The notes beneath the pieces are model-generated. The model saw only the letters and a program-made list of their open reading frames with translations. It did not search any database and was not told the origin of the DNA. Below are positions 9,572 to 20,183 of a DNA stretch of 64,000 nt, one piece after another; position 1 is the stretch's first letter, and every line of letters starts with the position of its first letter. The stretch spans positions 960,001 to 1,024,000 of the forward strand of contig OY970067.1 in NCBI GenBank assembly GCA_963705305.1, given 5' to 3'. The translations under genes were made by a program, and so were the position numbers. Source of the DNA: an uncultured Methylomirabilota bacterium. Lineage in GTDB: Bacteria; Methylomirabilota; Methylomirabilia; Methylomirabilales; 2-02-FULL-66-22.

Positions 9572-9802
9572 TTTCCCCTTCCTTGTTCGTCGCCGACTGG
9601 GGAACCGCTCTCGGAGCGGGCGCCTGGATGGAGCGCCAATGTTCAGCGTCCCAAGCGGGACGCCGGGTTCAACGGGGATGAATTGAAGTGAAAGCCTATC
9701 GAACTATATGGGAAAGTCAACACGCGGACAACCGGTGCCTCTAGTTTATGGCGCAGTTGCGCCACGTGTCCCCGCCCCCGCCCCGGTGCCCGCAGTCCTG
9801 GC

Positions 9803-10501
9803 TCACCGGCCTAGCGCGGCCCGGAGCTCCGCCTTCGCGGCGGCGAAGGGCTCCGCGAACGCCGGATCGTTCATCGCCAGCGCGGCCAGCACCGTTCCCG
9901 CGATGCGGCCCGCCTCGATGTCGCTTCGGTAGTGGACCCCGCAGACCAGCCGGCTCTCGGCGAATTCTTGCGTCCGCGCAAAGATCTCCGCCCGCTGCTC
10001 CGGGACCATGGCCGCCAGGATGATCCCCATGAGATACCCGACGGTCGCATGCCCGGACGGATAGGAGAGGTTGAATGCCCGGGGGCAGACGGGACGGAGA
10101 TCGGGCGCGAGGATGTAGGGCCGCGGGCGGCCGAAGCCCTGTTTCGCCGGAGCGATGACGCGGGCCGCCAGTACGTCCACCTGATGGAACAGCGCCGCCG
10201 TATGCGGGACCTGGGCTCCTGTCAGCGGCGTTGAGAACACCAGGGTGAGCCTGAAGACCGTCTCCTCGACATCCGCCTGAGCGACGGCCACCCGGGCGGG
10301 CAAGCGGCTCTGCTGGATCTGCCGCAGCTCGTCGAGCTCCCTCTGGGTCTGCGGGTCCTGCGGCCCGGGAGGAGGCGCCAGCAACTCGAGCAGATTCACC
10401 GTATCCTTCGCGAGGAGGTATGCCTCCGCGGCCTGCGCGGGCCCAGTCCCCGACAGAGCGACCACGGCTATGCCTATGACGATCCCGCGGAGCAGCTTCA
10501 T
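9803..10501 (-). CDS. Class A nonspecific acid phosphatase (PAP2 family), exported
   Basis: KxxxxRPRP, SYPSGH, SRxxxGVHYxSD; signal peptide ending AQA. Confidence 0.93.
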   Translation of the reverse strand: MKLLRGIVIGIAVVALSGTGPAQAAEAYLLAKDTVNLLELLAPPPGPQDPQTQRELDELRQIQQSRLPARVAVAQADVEETVFRLTLVFSTPLTGAQVPHTAALFHQVDVLAARVIAPAKQGFGRPRPYILAPDLRPVCPRAFNLSYPSGHATVGYLMGIILAAMVPEQRAEIFARTQEFAESRLVCGVHYRSDIEAGRIAGTVLAALAMNDPAFAEPFAAAKAELRAALGR

Positions 10502-11079
10502 GTGGTTCCCCTTCTCACGTCCAATCGGCCTCCCCGTCCCCGGGAAAGGCGCGGTCGTCCCCGACGGTCGCAGGTTGATATCGAGGTGGAGCGAACAGCG
10601 CCTGTCAGTTGCGCGGTTGCCACCCCGTTAGAATTTCATGGCGAGTTCCGAGGCGTGGTCTACTCTAGCTCTGATCGCGGGTGCGCTGCAAGACAGGGCC
10701 GCATAGCATCGGATCCCCATGCAGAGGAGGGCCTTGCGCCGTCTCCATCCCCCGCCAAACCTGCCTGGATCCTCCGCGAAGCCTCTCCCATGTCATGGTG
10801 CAGGGAATCGAGCATAACTCCCCGTTCCGCGACGACACAGACCAGCGGAGTCCGTCTGGCGCCTCGCAATGCTGTCACATGTCCTATTGCCGCGGGAGCG
10901 CCACGGGTATCCGGACGTAACGTCCTGTATTCAGGTAGATACCCTCTCTTCCGTTGCCTGAATGTCCCCTGCTGTGGCCCAGAGCAAGAAAAGCCGAAAG
11001 GAAAGCACGGTTCGCCTACCATCCCTGGAGAGGAAGGACTAGATTATGGGTGCCCAAGTCTCCGTCGCGGAGGAACGCC

Positions 11080-11880
11080 ATGGGAGAATCGATCCTTGTC
11101 GTGGATGACGACTCTGCGATCGGTGAGGCCATGGCCAGCGCCCTCGGCCGACAGTACCAGGTACGCCTCGCCTACACCGGGGCGGAGGCGATCGATGCGA
11201 TCTCGGAGACCACCTTTGACCTGATTTTCCTGGACTACCGCCTCCCGGATCTGCTCGGCACCGACCTCCTCAAGCTGATCAAACGCTTCTTCCCGGCCAC
11301 CCTGGTCGTCCTGATCACCGGCCAGGGGTCGGAAGAGGTGGCCGTCGCGGCGCTGCAGGCGGGGGCGCGCGACTACCTCCGGAAGCCGTTCAGCCTCCCG
11401 GAGCTCGAGGCGCGGGTGGCCTCGCTGCTCGCCCTCCGCCGTGAAGGCCGGGAGCGGCGGCAGGATCCCTACCTCCACTTCCCGGAGCCGGCCCCCGGGC
11501 GCCCCGACCCGGATGCCGATCGCTCACGCTCGGTCTTCCGCGCCATCCAGTTCGTCGAAGCCCACCTCGACGCCCGGCTCACCCTGGAGACCGTCGCCCG
11601 CATCGCCGGCATGAGCAAGTTCCACTTCTGCCGCCGCTTCAAGGCCGTCACGGGGCTCTCCTTCCAAGCGTTCCTCACCCAGAAGCGCATCGCCCGCGCC
11701 AAGGAGTTGCTCCGAGGGGATGGCGTGCGCATCGGCAACGTCGCCCGCGCGGTGGGCTTTGGGGACCTCACCCATTTCGGACGGGTCTTCCGGAAGCTCG
11801 AGCACGTCCTCCCGAGCGAGTTCCGGAAGAGCCCCGCAGCGCAGCCGTTCGAGGGCGAGGCTGGACGGACGACCCAATGA
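11080..11880 (+). CDS. Response regulator with AraC-type HTH output
   Basis: ILVVDDD, DLIFLDYRLPD, KPF receiver; MSKFHFCRRFK and VGFGDLTHFGRVFRK. Confidence 0.92.
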   Translation: MGESILVVDDDSAIGEAMASALGRQYQVRLAYTGAEAIDAISETTFDLIFLDYRLPDLLGTDLLKLIKRFFPATLVVLITGQGSEEVAVAALQAGARDYLRKPFSLPELEARVASLLALRREGRERRQDPYLHFPEPAPGRPDPDADRSRSVFRAIQFVEAHLDARLTLETVARIAGMSKFHFCRRFKAVTGLSFQAFLTQKRIARAKELLRGDGVRIGNVARAVGFGDLTHFGRVFRKLEHVLPSEFRKSPAAQPFEGEAGRTTQ

Positions 11881-12153
11881 CCGCAACGGACACCCACTGC
11901 GCAAGAGCCCTATCTCTGCCGGAAGTCGGCTGGATGGACGGGGGAAACGTCTCCAAACCGCACGGCACCTTTATGCGCAGCGGGGTGTAGACCGCGACAG
12001 CGATTCAGGTAAGCCCCTGTGGGGTCGCACAGGGTCCAAGGAGAACGGGGGGTTAGAAAGGGCTTTTATGACCATGCTCCGTGCTGTATCGCTTGCAGCA
12101 TAACGCCTCTCACCTCACCCATTACGAAGCGAGACCACCCGCAGGAGGGAACC

Positions 12154-12957
12154 ATGACAAAGCCCACCCGTTGGCTATTTGCGTTGGCTGTCTGCGTTTT
12201 CCTGACCAGTTGTAGCTTTTCGTCCATCGTCAGGGAACTGAAGGAGGACCCAGCCGTTGTTGCCACCACAGGATTCTACACATCCATTGGCTTCGACCCG
12301 TCGCCTTCAACCGGCATGGTGCCTCTGCCGAATATTAAGCTGGGCCATGGAACGGCCGTCAGGGTTGGCATCCATGATTGTATCTTTCTGAGCGATGCAA
12401 CTGGCGCCAGAGCATACATCAACACCCAGCCTCAAAACTTGGACGACAACACCCAGTCCCAAACCCAGGGGGATGCTACCCAAACCTCTGGGAATCCACC
12501 AAGCGCCGCGGCGGCGTCATCCGCCTCTCCACAAAGTTCGCCGCCAGCTCAAAGCGGGGCAGGATCACAACCAACCCCTCCCTCGAGTCCGTCAGCGACG
12601 GCTACTTCACCCGCGTCACCAGGAAACACTGCCAATAAGGCCACGGGCGTCCCATCGCAAGCTTCTCAATCGCCTTGTATCCCCCAAGCGGCCCAGATCA
12701 TGGGGCCTGCAGCTTCCGGGACGGGAGCGGGAGGTGAGTCGTATCTCACGATTTCCGCGAGCGGACTTGACGGATTAAAAGCCCGCTGGCAATCACAATC
12801 GAAATGTATCGATTATCTCCCGGAAATTCTAAAGGCCATCAAGGCAGGCAATCTGACCGTGGCCGATGCCACCACCCTCCTCAACTCGTTGAAGTGCGCG
12901 TCCGGTCCTCTACCGTCTGAGAGCGCTCCGCAGAGTGGACAGAAGCCGGGGAGCTAG
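12154..12957 (+). CDS. Lipoprotein with S/P/Q/A-rich linker
   Basis: AGGAGG RBS; FLTS-C lipobox; about 80-aa low-complexity segment. Confidence 0.7.
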   Translation: MTKPTRWLFALAVCVFLTSCSFSSIVRELKEDPAVVATTGFYTSIGFDPSPSTGMVPLPNIKLGHGTAVRVGIHDCIFLSDATGARAYINTQPQNLDDNTQSQTQGDATQTSGNPPSAAAASSASPQSSPPAQSGAGSQPTPPSSPSATATSPASPGNTANKATGVPSQASQSPCIPQAAQIMGPAASGTGAGGESYLTISASGLDGLKARWQSQSKCIDYLPEILKAIKAGNLTVADATTLLNSLKCASGPLPSESAPQSGQKPGS

Positions 12958-12964
12958 AAGCTCA

Positions 12965-13495
12965 ATGAGGCGGCTAACGACGGCGACCCAACGTCCGAGG
13001 TACCTGGCTGCACTGGCGACTTTCATGGTGCTCTGCAGCTTCGTGAACAGTTGCGCGCACCTCGAGGTGGTTCGGCTACCATCTCAGCCGTCCGCCGCCA
13101 GCAAACCGACGGACGGAACAATCCAGCTCCGCCTCACACAGCCCGCATGGGAGGTCGAGCTTGACGACGGTGCCCCGCTGGCGGACGTAAGGGTTCGCGC
13201 TCGTGCTGTGAACGTCGCAGATCCCGAACAGGTCTACACAGTCAGGCTCATCCCAGGGCTCCTTGACCACAACAGACTGAAGATTGTCGAGCCAAGCCCT
13301 TCCATTCCGGGTCTGAGGTGCGGGGCTAATAGAACAACGGCACCCCACCTCCTCACGTTGGTGATTTGCCCGGAACTCCTAGCAGAAGTGGCAGACTTCC
13401 CTACAGAGGAGGACATCCTGGCGCGCTTCCGGAATACCGGACAACGTGTGTTCATCTTCGTCCGACCCGAGAGATCCGCTTTGCCAAAGCCGTAG
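12965..13495 (+). CDS. Putative lipoprotein, unknown function
   Basis: Hydrophobic leader ending VNS-C; 7 bp after previous stop. Confidence 0.55.
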   Translation: MRRLTTATQRPRYLAALATFMVLCSFVNSCAHLEVVRLPSQPSAASKPTDGTIQLRLTQPAWEVELDDGAPLADVRVRARAVNVADPEQVYTVRLIPGLLDHNRLKIVEPSPSIPGLRCGANRTTAPHLLTLVICPELLAEVADFPTEEDILARFRNTGQRVFIFVRPERSALPKP

Positions 13496-13502
13496 GATTC
13501 AC

Positions 13503-14003
13503 ATGGATAGGAAGATCCCCCGAGACGACATCCCCTGGGCCAGCGTGTGGTTGCCTATTCTGCTTGCAGTCGAATTCATAGTTGGGTGCGCAGGACCACT
13601 TATCCGAGGCGGTGAAATTCACATCGGGCGGACCATCGCATTAACATTTACAACCGATGTAGAGCCCCTTGGCGATGCCATTCCCGCCAAACAGGCCCAC
13701 CTTTATCGTGGCGTTGTATATGTTGTCGTCGGCAATTGTGATGTCGACCCAGGACGAGTCGGCGCCGCTGCGTCGGACCGCGGAGCCTCCTGCCGTGTTC
13801 GTGTGGCCGATCTCGGAATCCTTGCCCTCGCATCTCCTGACCGGTTCTATAAGCTCGATTACCGGGGCTGGATTTTCTCGTCCGGCCTTTTGTCAGTCGA
13901 GTTTAACGACAATAGCACACTCCACTCGCTCAGGGTTACCGAAGAGCCGGCTGGCCCGGACCTTTACTTGAACTTCGGCCCTCTTGGCCCAGGTGTCCGA
14001 TGA
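13503..14003 (+). CDS. Putative lipoprotein, unknown function
   Basis: IVG-C lipobox-like; 7 bp after previous stop; AGGA RBS. Confidence 0.55.
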   Translation: MDRKIPRDDIPWASVWLPILLAVEFIVGCAGPLIRGGEIHIGRTIALTFTTDVEPLGDAIPAKQAHLYRGVVYVVVGNCDVDPGRVGAAASDRGASCRVRVADLGILALASPDRFYKLDYRGWIFSSGLLSVEFNDNSTLHSLRVTEEPAGPDLYLNFGPLGPGVR

Positions 14004-14195
14004 AAGAGCGTGCGAACTGCGACCCAGCACCTCCCCCATGGCCACACGTGGAGCAACCCGAAAATGACTTGATGCCACTCCCCGGTCGCGGGATGTTCGG
14101 GTGCGTTAACGCTCGCCTGGCCCGCGCTCCGAACCCGAAGGCACGCGGCCCCGGCTCAAAGCAACTGCCCCTCACCTCTTCCAAGGGAGAAGACG

Positions 14196-16490
14196 ATGAT
14201 GCCAGATCAATCGGAGGGCCCGTTTTGCTTTGAACACGTTCTCTCGGGAGAGCTGGACAATCTTCGCAAGCCCGGCGCGGGAAACGTCATTTCCCGCGCA
14301 CAGGCCGCTGGCCTCACTGGGCTGGCCTTCTCTGGCGGCGGCATCCGCAGCGCTACCTTCAATCTGGGTGTGTTTCAAGCTTTGCGCGAGCTAAGCCTTG
14401 ATCCTTGCTTCGACTACGTCTCGACCGTTTCGGGTGGCGGCTACATCGGCAGCTGTCTTTCGGCCTGGAAAAATCGGCCGAGTACGCCGCCGGTGGGTGA
14501 GGAGAAGGTTGTCGGCTGGCTGCGCAAGTACAGCAACTACCTCACGCCGCGCATCGGCCTGCTGACGGCGGACACGCTTTCATTTGTCATCTCGTACCTG
14601 CGCAACCTGCTGTTGAACCTGTTGCAGTTGACCTTCCTGTTCACGGCGGTTCTGCTCTTGCCCATTTTGTTCGAATACTTGAGCGAGGCGATCCCCGGCG
14701 TTCGACTGTGGCTTTGGGCAATTGCCGCGCTTCTGTTCGCGGTAGGGATGGGGTGGCTGAACGTGGCGCGTATCACCAAGCCGCCGTACCGATGGTGGGA
14801 ATGGCCGGTAGGGGTGTGCTGGCTGGTGGCGCTGCCGCTGGTTTTGTATTCGCTGCTGGCCACCTGGGCAGCGGAGCATTCCAGGCTACTGGGAACCGGG
14901 TTGCAGATGGTGCGTCTGACTCACGTGTTCGGGCCTCCCGCGTTTATCCTGGCGTTCTCGCTGTTCTTGATGCTCTGCATAGGGATGTTGGGCAACTGCT
15001 TCGCCGAGGAGAAGCGGGAATGGTGGGCGCGCGTGGGAGGGTATCTTGTCAATTTCATGGTGGCCTGGCTCCTAGTGAGCGGCCTGGCATTCTACGCTTC
15101 GCAGGGCCTGGACAAGTTGGCCTCGTTGCCATGGCTGAATCGCCTGCTGAGCGTCGGCTGGGTGGTATCCACAGTGAGTGGGGTCCTCGCTGGAAAGAGC
15201 TGTGCGACCGGGAAGCCAGGTAACAAGACTGCGCTCGAACTGGTCGCACGGGTGGGCCCAGTCGTATTCTGCGTGGGCCTGCTGGCGCTGCTCGCGGCGG
15301 GCATCCAAATACTGATTGAGTCGTTGCCGTCGGCGCACCACGTCTATTGGCCCCCGATCATCTGGTTGACCAGCGTGGTCCTCATGGTTCTGTGCGCCTA
15401 CCAGTTGGACATCAATCAATTCTCGATGCACCTGCTATATCACAAGCGCCTGGTGCGGTGTTATCTCGGAGCCTCGAACTCGTCGCGCAATCGCCATCCT
15501 TTTACTGGATACGACAGGAACGACGACGTGAAGCTCATGAATCTCGCCAACCAGCGGCCATACCACTTACTGAACGCCACGTTGAACTTGACCAAGAGCA
15601 AGGATCTAGCCTGGCAAGAGCGCAAAGCGGCAGCCTTCCTGTTCTCGCCACTCTACTCCGGCTACGGGCTGCCCGATGCTCCAGAAGGTTACCGGCCGAC
15701 TGCGCATTACGGCTATAGGGACGAAGGGCCATACCTGGGGACTGCCATGAGCATATCGGGCGCCGCGGTCAGTCCCAACATGGGTTACCACACGTCCGCG
15801 GCCGTGGCGTTCCTGATGACCGTGTTCAACGTGCGATTAGGGTGGTGGATGGGCAATCCGCGCCGCGCCACCTGGCAGAGTGACAGCCCGCCGTTAAATC
15901 TTCTCTACCTGCTGAGGGAACTATTTGGCGCCACGGACGAGGACTCCAATTACGTTTACCTCTCTGATGGAGGCCACTTTGAGAACTTGGCGCTGTATGA
16001 ACTGGTACGCCGTCGCTGCCGTCTGATCTTGGTCTGTGACGCCGAGGAGGATCCTGACTACAAGTTCGAGGGCCTGGCGAGCGCCATCCGGAAATGCAGG
16101 ACCGACTTCGGCATCAACATCGATATCGACGTGAAGAAGATCCGACCGACCGGTGATCCGCCGCGCAGCGAGCAACCCATCGCGGTGGGCACGATCGACT
16201 ACGGCGCGGGCGACCCATGCATCCTGATTTACCTCAAGGCTTCGCTCGTGGGCGACGAGCCGACGGACATACAGAACTACCACTCCGCCCACCCCGCGTT
16301 CCCGCACGAGCCCACGGCCGACCAGTGGTTCAGTGAATCGCAGTTCGAAAGCTATCGGCAGCTAGGATATCACATCACAAAGAGTGTGTTCTATCATGCG
16401 GGGAAGGCGGGCTCGAACGCAGGGACTCTGTATGCGGCGTTGCGGTCAACGTCGACGGGGGAGGGGCTGGAAGGACCACGTAGTGCTTGA
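14196..16490 (+). CDS. Membrane-embedded patatin/cPLA2-like phospholipase
   Basis: GLAFSGGGIRSA oxyanion loop, STVSGGG nucleophile, LSDGGHFENL catalytic Asp; multi-TM insert. Confidence 0.9.
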   Translation: MMPDQSEGPFCFEHVLSGELDNLRKPGAGNVISRAQAAGLTGLAFSGGGIRSATFNLGVFQALRELSLDPCFDYVSTVSGGGYIGSCLSAWKNRPSTPPVGEEKVVGWLRKYSNYLTPRIGLLTADTLSFVISYLRNLLLNLLQLTFLFTAVLLLPILFEYLSEAIPGVRLWLWAIAALLFAVGMGWLNVARITKPPYRWWEWPVGVCWLVALPLVLYSLLATWAAEHSRLLGTGLQMVRLTHVFGPPAFILAFSLFLMLCIGMLGNCFAEEKREWWARVGGYLVNFMVAWLLVSGLAFYASQGLDKLASLPWLNRLLSVGWVVSTVSGVLAGKSCATGKPGNKTALELVARVGPVVFCVGLLALLAAGIQILIESLPSAHHVYWPPIIWLTSVVLMVLCAYQLDINQFSMHLLYHKRLVRCYLGASNSSRNRHPFTGYDRNDDVKLMNLANQRPYHLLNATLNLTKSKDLAWQERKAAAFLFSPLYSGYGLPDAPEGYRPTAHYGYRDEGPYLGTAMSISGAAVSPNMGYHTSAAVAFLMTVFNVRLGWWMGNPRRATWQSDSPPLNLLYLLRELFGATDEDSNYVYLSDGGHFENLALYELVRRRCRLILVCDAEEDPDYKFEGLASAIRKCRTDFGINIDIDVKKIRPTGDPPRSEQPIAVGTIDYGAGDPCILIYLKASLVGDEPTDIQNYHSAHPAFPHEPTADQWFSESQFESYRQLGYHITKSVFYHAGKAGSNAGTLYAALRSTSTGEGLEGPRSA

Positions 16491-16863
16491 GGTGGCGCAA
16501 TCCTGAACACGCCCCGCAGGAATGACGCACCCAAGCACCAATTGTGGATCCATGAACAACTCGGCTGTTAACCTTAAGACCAGATCTTCACCGACGATGC
16601 CGTGGGCCGTGCCATCGGTGGTACCAAAAAGGGGTCGCGAGATACCGTTACGCGGTTTGCCCAATGGGGGTGCGGGGAGGATGGTCGCATCCTCATAGTT
16701 CACTGCTTGGACCCTCGCGCTGTGCGAAGGGTTGAACGACTTATCGGCTTGACCCTCCTTCTCCGGAATACGCCTTTGGTTCGGGACCTAAAGATTCAGT
16801 CGTCGTGTCTGCTTTCGCAATCCCTTCTTCGTTGTTTTTGTCAGGTCCTTGGGGACGTATTAA

Positions 16864-17135
16864 GGGACGTTGCCAACTACGTCAATGTGTACATACGGAA
16901 CATCGGCCCTGAATGAACGAGAGCGGTATTTCCCGTTACACTAGACTTCGCCCGTGCCTCACCCACTCACCCCTCAACCCCCCCAGGATCTTCCACCACG
17001 CGATGGTGCGAGGCGCTGAGCGCATCGCTGTCTTCCGGGATGACACGGACCCCGCGGACTTCGTCGCCCGTTTCGCAATGCTGCCGCATCCCCTGCTGTT
17101 GCGGGGGCGCCAGGAGTGTCCGGATGCAACGTCCC
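16864..17135 (+). mobile_element. Miniature remnant of a RAYT/IS200-like (Y1) transposase element
   Basis: 10-bp IR GGGACGTTGC 16864-16873 / GCAACGTCCC 17126-17135 enclosing FHHAMVRGAERIAVFRDDTDPADFVARF (RAYT N-terminus-like). Confidence 0.6.
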
Positions 17136-17773
17136 GTATTCCGGCGTCATTACCGCCCTCGCGGTAACGGGTAGTGTGGCCCCACGACGGACGTATGGAT
17201 CGCACACAGGAAGATCGACGAGCGAACACGCGCAGGATGGAATGAAAGGTCTTCAGAACGAGATGCGCTCCACGCGACGGTCACCGAGAGCGCATCAGCA
17301 TCGAAGCGCAAAGGCAACTCTTCTGCGCGCCAGCCCCGAGTTTCATTTCCACTCCCTAAAGATGATTCTACTCAAGGCGATTTCAGACCAAACGGAGAGG
17401 GAAAGTCAATGGCAAGTTATCTACTTTCAGTGTATTGGCCAGTGCTCTTTCTTTTCACTATTGCCTGCGGCGTATGGGCTCTGATGCTAGTGGGGGCGTG
17501 GGCTGGTACGCTTACGAATCCCTGGAGTATTGTCCGGCGGCTAGCACTGCGAAAGAACGTCGCTGACAAGATCATGCGCTCATTGGTACATGAGTTAATA
17601 ACATTAATCGGCGCAGCCGGCCTTCTTGGAGTCACGGTGATACAATCTGTTTCGCTGCAGCACACGTACGATGAACTCCAGAGCACATATGATAGACAGG
17701 CGGTTGTTCTCCTATCCCGTGTTCGCGGTGATGATACACCGACGGACGTCAGCTCCGCGGTTCAAGCCCTAGC

Positions 17774-19290
17774 TGGGCGCCGCCACAACATCGTAGACTG
17801 ATTTCAGTGGACCGCCATAACATCGTAGACCAGTCGGGGTCGTTCCCCATGGCACAGGAGAGCCCGCCGCAGCGAGCAGCACGCCCAACGGTGTGGTGCA
17901 GCGAGCGCGGCGGGCGGGCTCCTGGGACTCAGCACCGCCCCCGCGGGAGCGGGTAGAGGGGAAGGACGACCGGCTCGTGGATCGGACAGGAGAAGCGCTT
18001 GACCACTCGGCCGTCCAGTTTGACGACGATCTCGCGGCGATGCGTGTAGAGGGTGGCCACCACATACTGCCGGGCCAGGCGCCGCCCGACCCGGTAGGCG
18101 CCCCCGGGGAGCGCGATGGTGCCCGTGTCGCCGACCCGGCGGACGAAGGAGATCCGGCCGCGGGCCAGGGGCAGGTGGAGCGCCCCCCGGGCATCCCGGT
18201 AGCGGTCCAGGGCGAACCCCGGGGGCAGCGGCCGAAGCAGTGCCTGCGCGGCGGCCAGGACCTCGCCCGGGAACCGCGAGCCGTGGGTGGCGACGGTGAG
18301 GCGCCGATGCGGTTTGCGGGTGTGGTAGTACCGGAGGAAGCGCGCACTCGTGCGGCGCACGGCGGGGAGATCGGCGCACCGGTGCCGCCAGAGCACCCGC
18401 GCTTGCCAGAGGCCGTTGAAGCTCTCGATGTCCGGGTTCCGGCCGGGCTCGCCGGGGGGAATGAACCACCAGTGGACCCCGCAGAGCAGGCCCAGGCGCA
18501 CCACTTGCGAGAAGGTGAACCCGTACGGGTTGCCCCCGACGACGCCAAACTCGTTATCCAGTTGGCTGACGGCCGGGACCCCCAGGAGTGTCCACGCGTG
18601 CAGGAAGTGCGCACAGAAGGCTTCGGTCCCCTTGGCGCCATAGTAGCTGGCGGCCGCCGCTCGGCTGACGTACTCCAGAGTGTGGAAGGCGAAGAAGCGG
18701 GTAACCCCGCGGGGGCCGCGGACATGGCGCGGGCCGACGAGGTCCGTTTGCTGCACGGCCCCCACGGCTGCGGCCCGGGGCGCCGGACAGGGCTGGCCCC
18801 GCCCGCGCCGACGGCGCCGCTCGCGGCGGGTACAGCCGTGCGCTTGCAGGAGCCGCTCGATCGTCCGGAGGCTCGGCAGCCGGTGCACCCCGCGCTGCTC
18901 CAGCTCCCAGCGGATGGCCTCCGCGCCCCGACCCGCAAAGGCCGTCCGGCGCGTCCGGTGGGCCACCAGCTCCGCGCGAATCCGCAGCACCAGGCTGACC
19001 AAGTGAGGTGCGGTCCGGCGCCAGATCCGGTGCGCGGCCCGGCTCCGGTCGTGGAGTCCCACCCGCCCTTCCTGACGGCAGCGCCTCCACCACTTCGCCA
19101 GCCAGCTCTGGCTGCGGCCCACCGCCCGAGCCACCTCTGCGAACCGGACCCTCTGCCGCAGCAGTGCAATCGCCTTGCAGCGTCGCGCATAATTACCTGT
19201 CTCGTCCACTGCGTCTCCTCCCCGTGTAAGGTTTCGGGGAGTCTACGCAATGGCGAACTATTTCACTCCACGATGCTATGGCGGTAACCC
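17774..19290 (-). mobile_element. IS481-like insertion sequence
   Basis: Imperfect terminal IRs sharing CCGCCAnAnCATCGT; internal repeat copies 17780-17798/17812-17830 (18/19 identical); no target duplication seen. Confidence 0.8.
17929..19209 (-). CDS. DDE integrase-type transposase (HTH + rve core), IS481-like
   Basis: HTH..GLHDRSRA; QQTD, QLDN, GRNPDIESFNG catalytic triad; YHTRKPHRRL. Confidence 0.9.
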   Translation of the reverse strand: MDETGNYARRCKAIALLRQRVRFAEVARAVGRSQSWLAKWWRRCRQEGRVGLHDRSRAAHRIWRRTAPHLVSLVLRIRAELVAHRTRRTAFAGRGAEAIRWELEQRGVHRLPSLRTIERLLQAHGCTRRERRRRRGRGQPCPAPRAAAVGAVQQTDLVGPRHVRGPRGVTRFFAFHTLEYVSRAAAASYYGAKGTEAFCAHFLHAWTLLGVPAVSQLDNEFGVVGGNPYGFTFSQVVRLGLLCGVHWWFIPPGEPGRNPDIESFNGLWQARVLWRHRCADLPAVRRTSARFLRYYHTRKPHRRLTVATHGSRFPGEVLAAAQALLRPLPPGFALDRYRDARGALHLPLARGRISFVRRVGDTGTIALPGGAYRVGRRLARQYVVATLYTHRREIVVKLDGRVVKRFSCPIHEPVVLPLYPLPRGRC

Positions 19291-20183
19291 GATTTCAGAG
19301 GCAGCCGACATTCCGGGAGGGCTTCAGCCGACCCTAAAAGCGTATCAGGTTTACCTGTCAAGCCCAAACAATCCAGACATTGAACAGATTCAAGACCGAC
19401 TTGGAAATCAGAAGGAGACGTTGTTCACTGTTCGGCTGCTGGGATGGGCGTACCACGCGAAAGGAGTCGGATGCCGCAATCACGGAGATGTCAAGTGCAC
19501 CAACGAGAGCCTTGCGGCTGCCAAGACGTACTATGAGCGAGCCCTGAAGCTAGCAATCGAAAAGAACTTTCCAGGTGATCTACCTGTAGAGGCGAGAGCA
19601 TTTCTAACAAGGTCGGTAAGGAATCTTGCCGCCGCTATTGAGGTTGAAATTGCAATATCGGATTGGACGTTCAACAATGGCGTTCTAAGTCAAACCGCTA
19701 AAGATGTCCTCGGACAAGCAAAGCAGGTGTTCTTGGAACTTATTAGTGAGGCAGGTGACATCCCGGCCTCATATTACAATCTCATCGACTGTGACTCTTT
19801 GCTCGGCCAATACGAGGAAGCAATAAATGAAGTAAACCGAGTGCGCTCAGCTCCCTTGAAGGAGGCTGACCGCCTTATGATTAAGAAGTGGATGCTCGAC
19901 GTAGGTGGCAACCCAGAGATGAGCCCCCTCATAGCTTATGTCAAGCAGACGACAGGAAAGAGTTGGAAGGAGTTCCTCGACAAGCACTTTGGCTTTTGAG
20001 CAGGGCCGGGGCCTTGGGGAGCAATGAAAGACTGATAACGAGCATAGCATTATGCCCTGGAGGATGGTGTCAACTACGCCAATTTGTCTATTCTAGACCA
20101 TATGGAAAGACCGGCGCACCTATCGCAGAATAGCGTGGATCGTTCCATGGAGGAACGGAGCCACATGCGAAAGGAGGCGGGTC

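Larger units (their letters stand above)
17409..19999 (+). pseudogene. 2-TM + TPR-like protein interrupted by an IS481-like element
   Basis: Removing 17774-19290 joins 17409-17773 and 19291-19999 in frame (1074 nt, 357 aa; ...AVQALAISEAADI...); both halves low GC; AKTYYERALKL and SYYNL..LLGQYEEAI TPR-like. Confidence 0.75.

Noticed and set aside
11963..11978. Sigma-54-like CGGCACCTTTATGC upstream of the lipoprotein cluster
   Set aside because: GG-GC spacing is 9, not 10
17780..17830. Two 19-bp direct repeats resembling a mini CRISPR array
   Set aside because: Only two copies, 13-nt spacer; they are IS end binding sites
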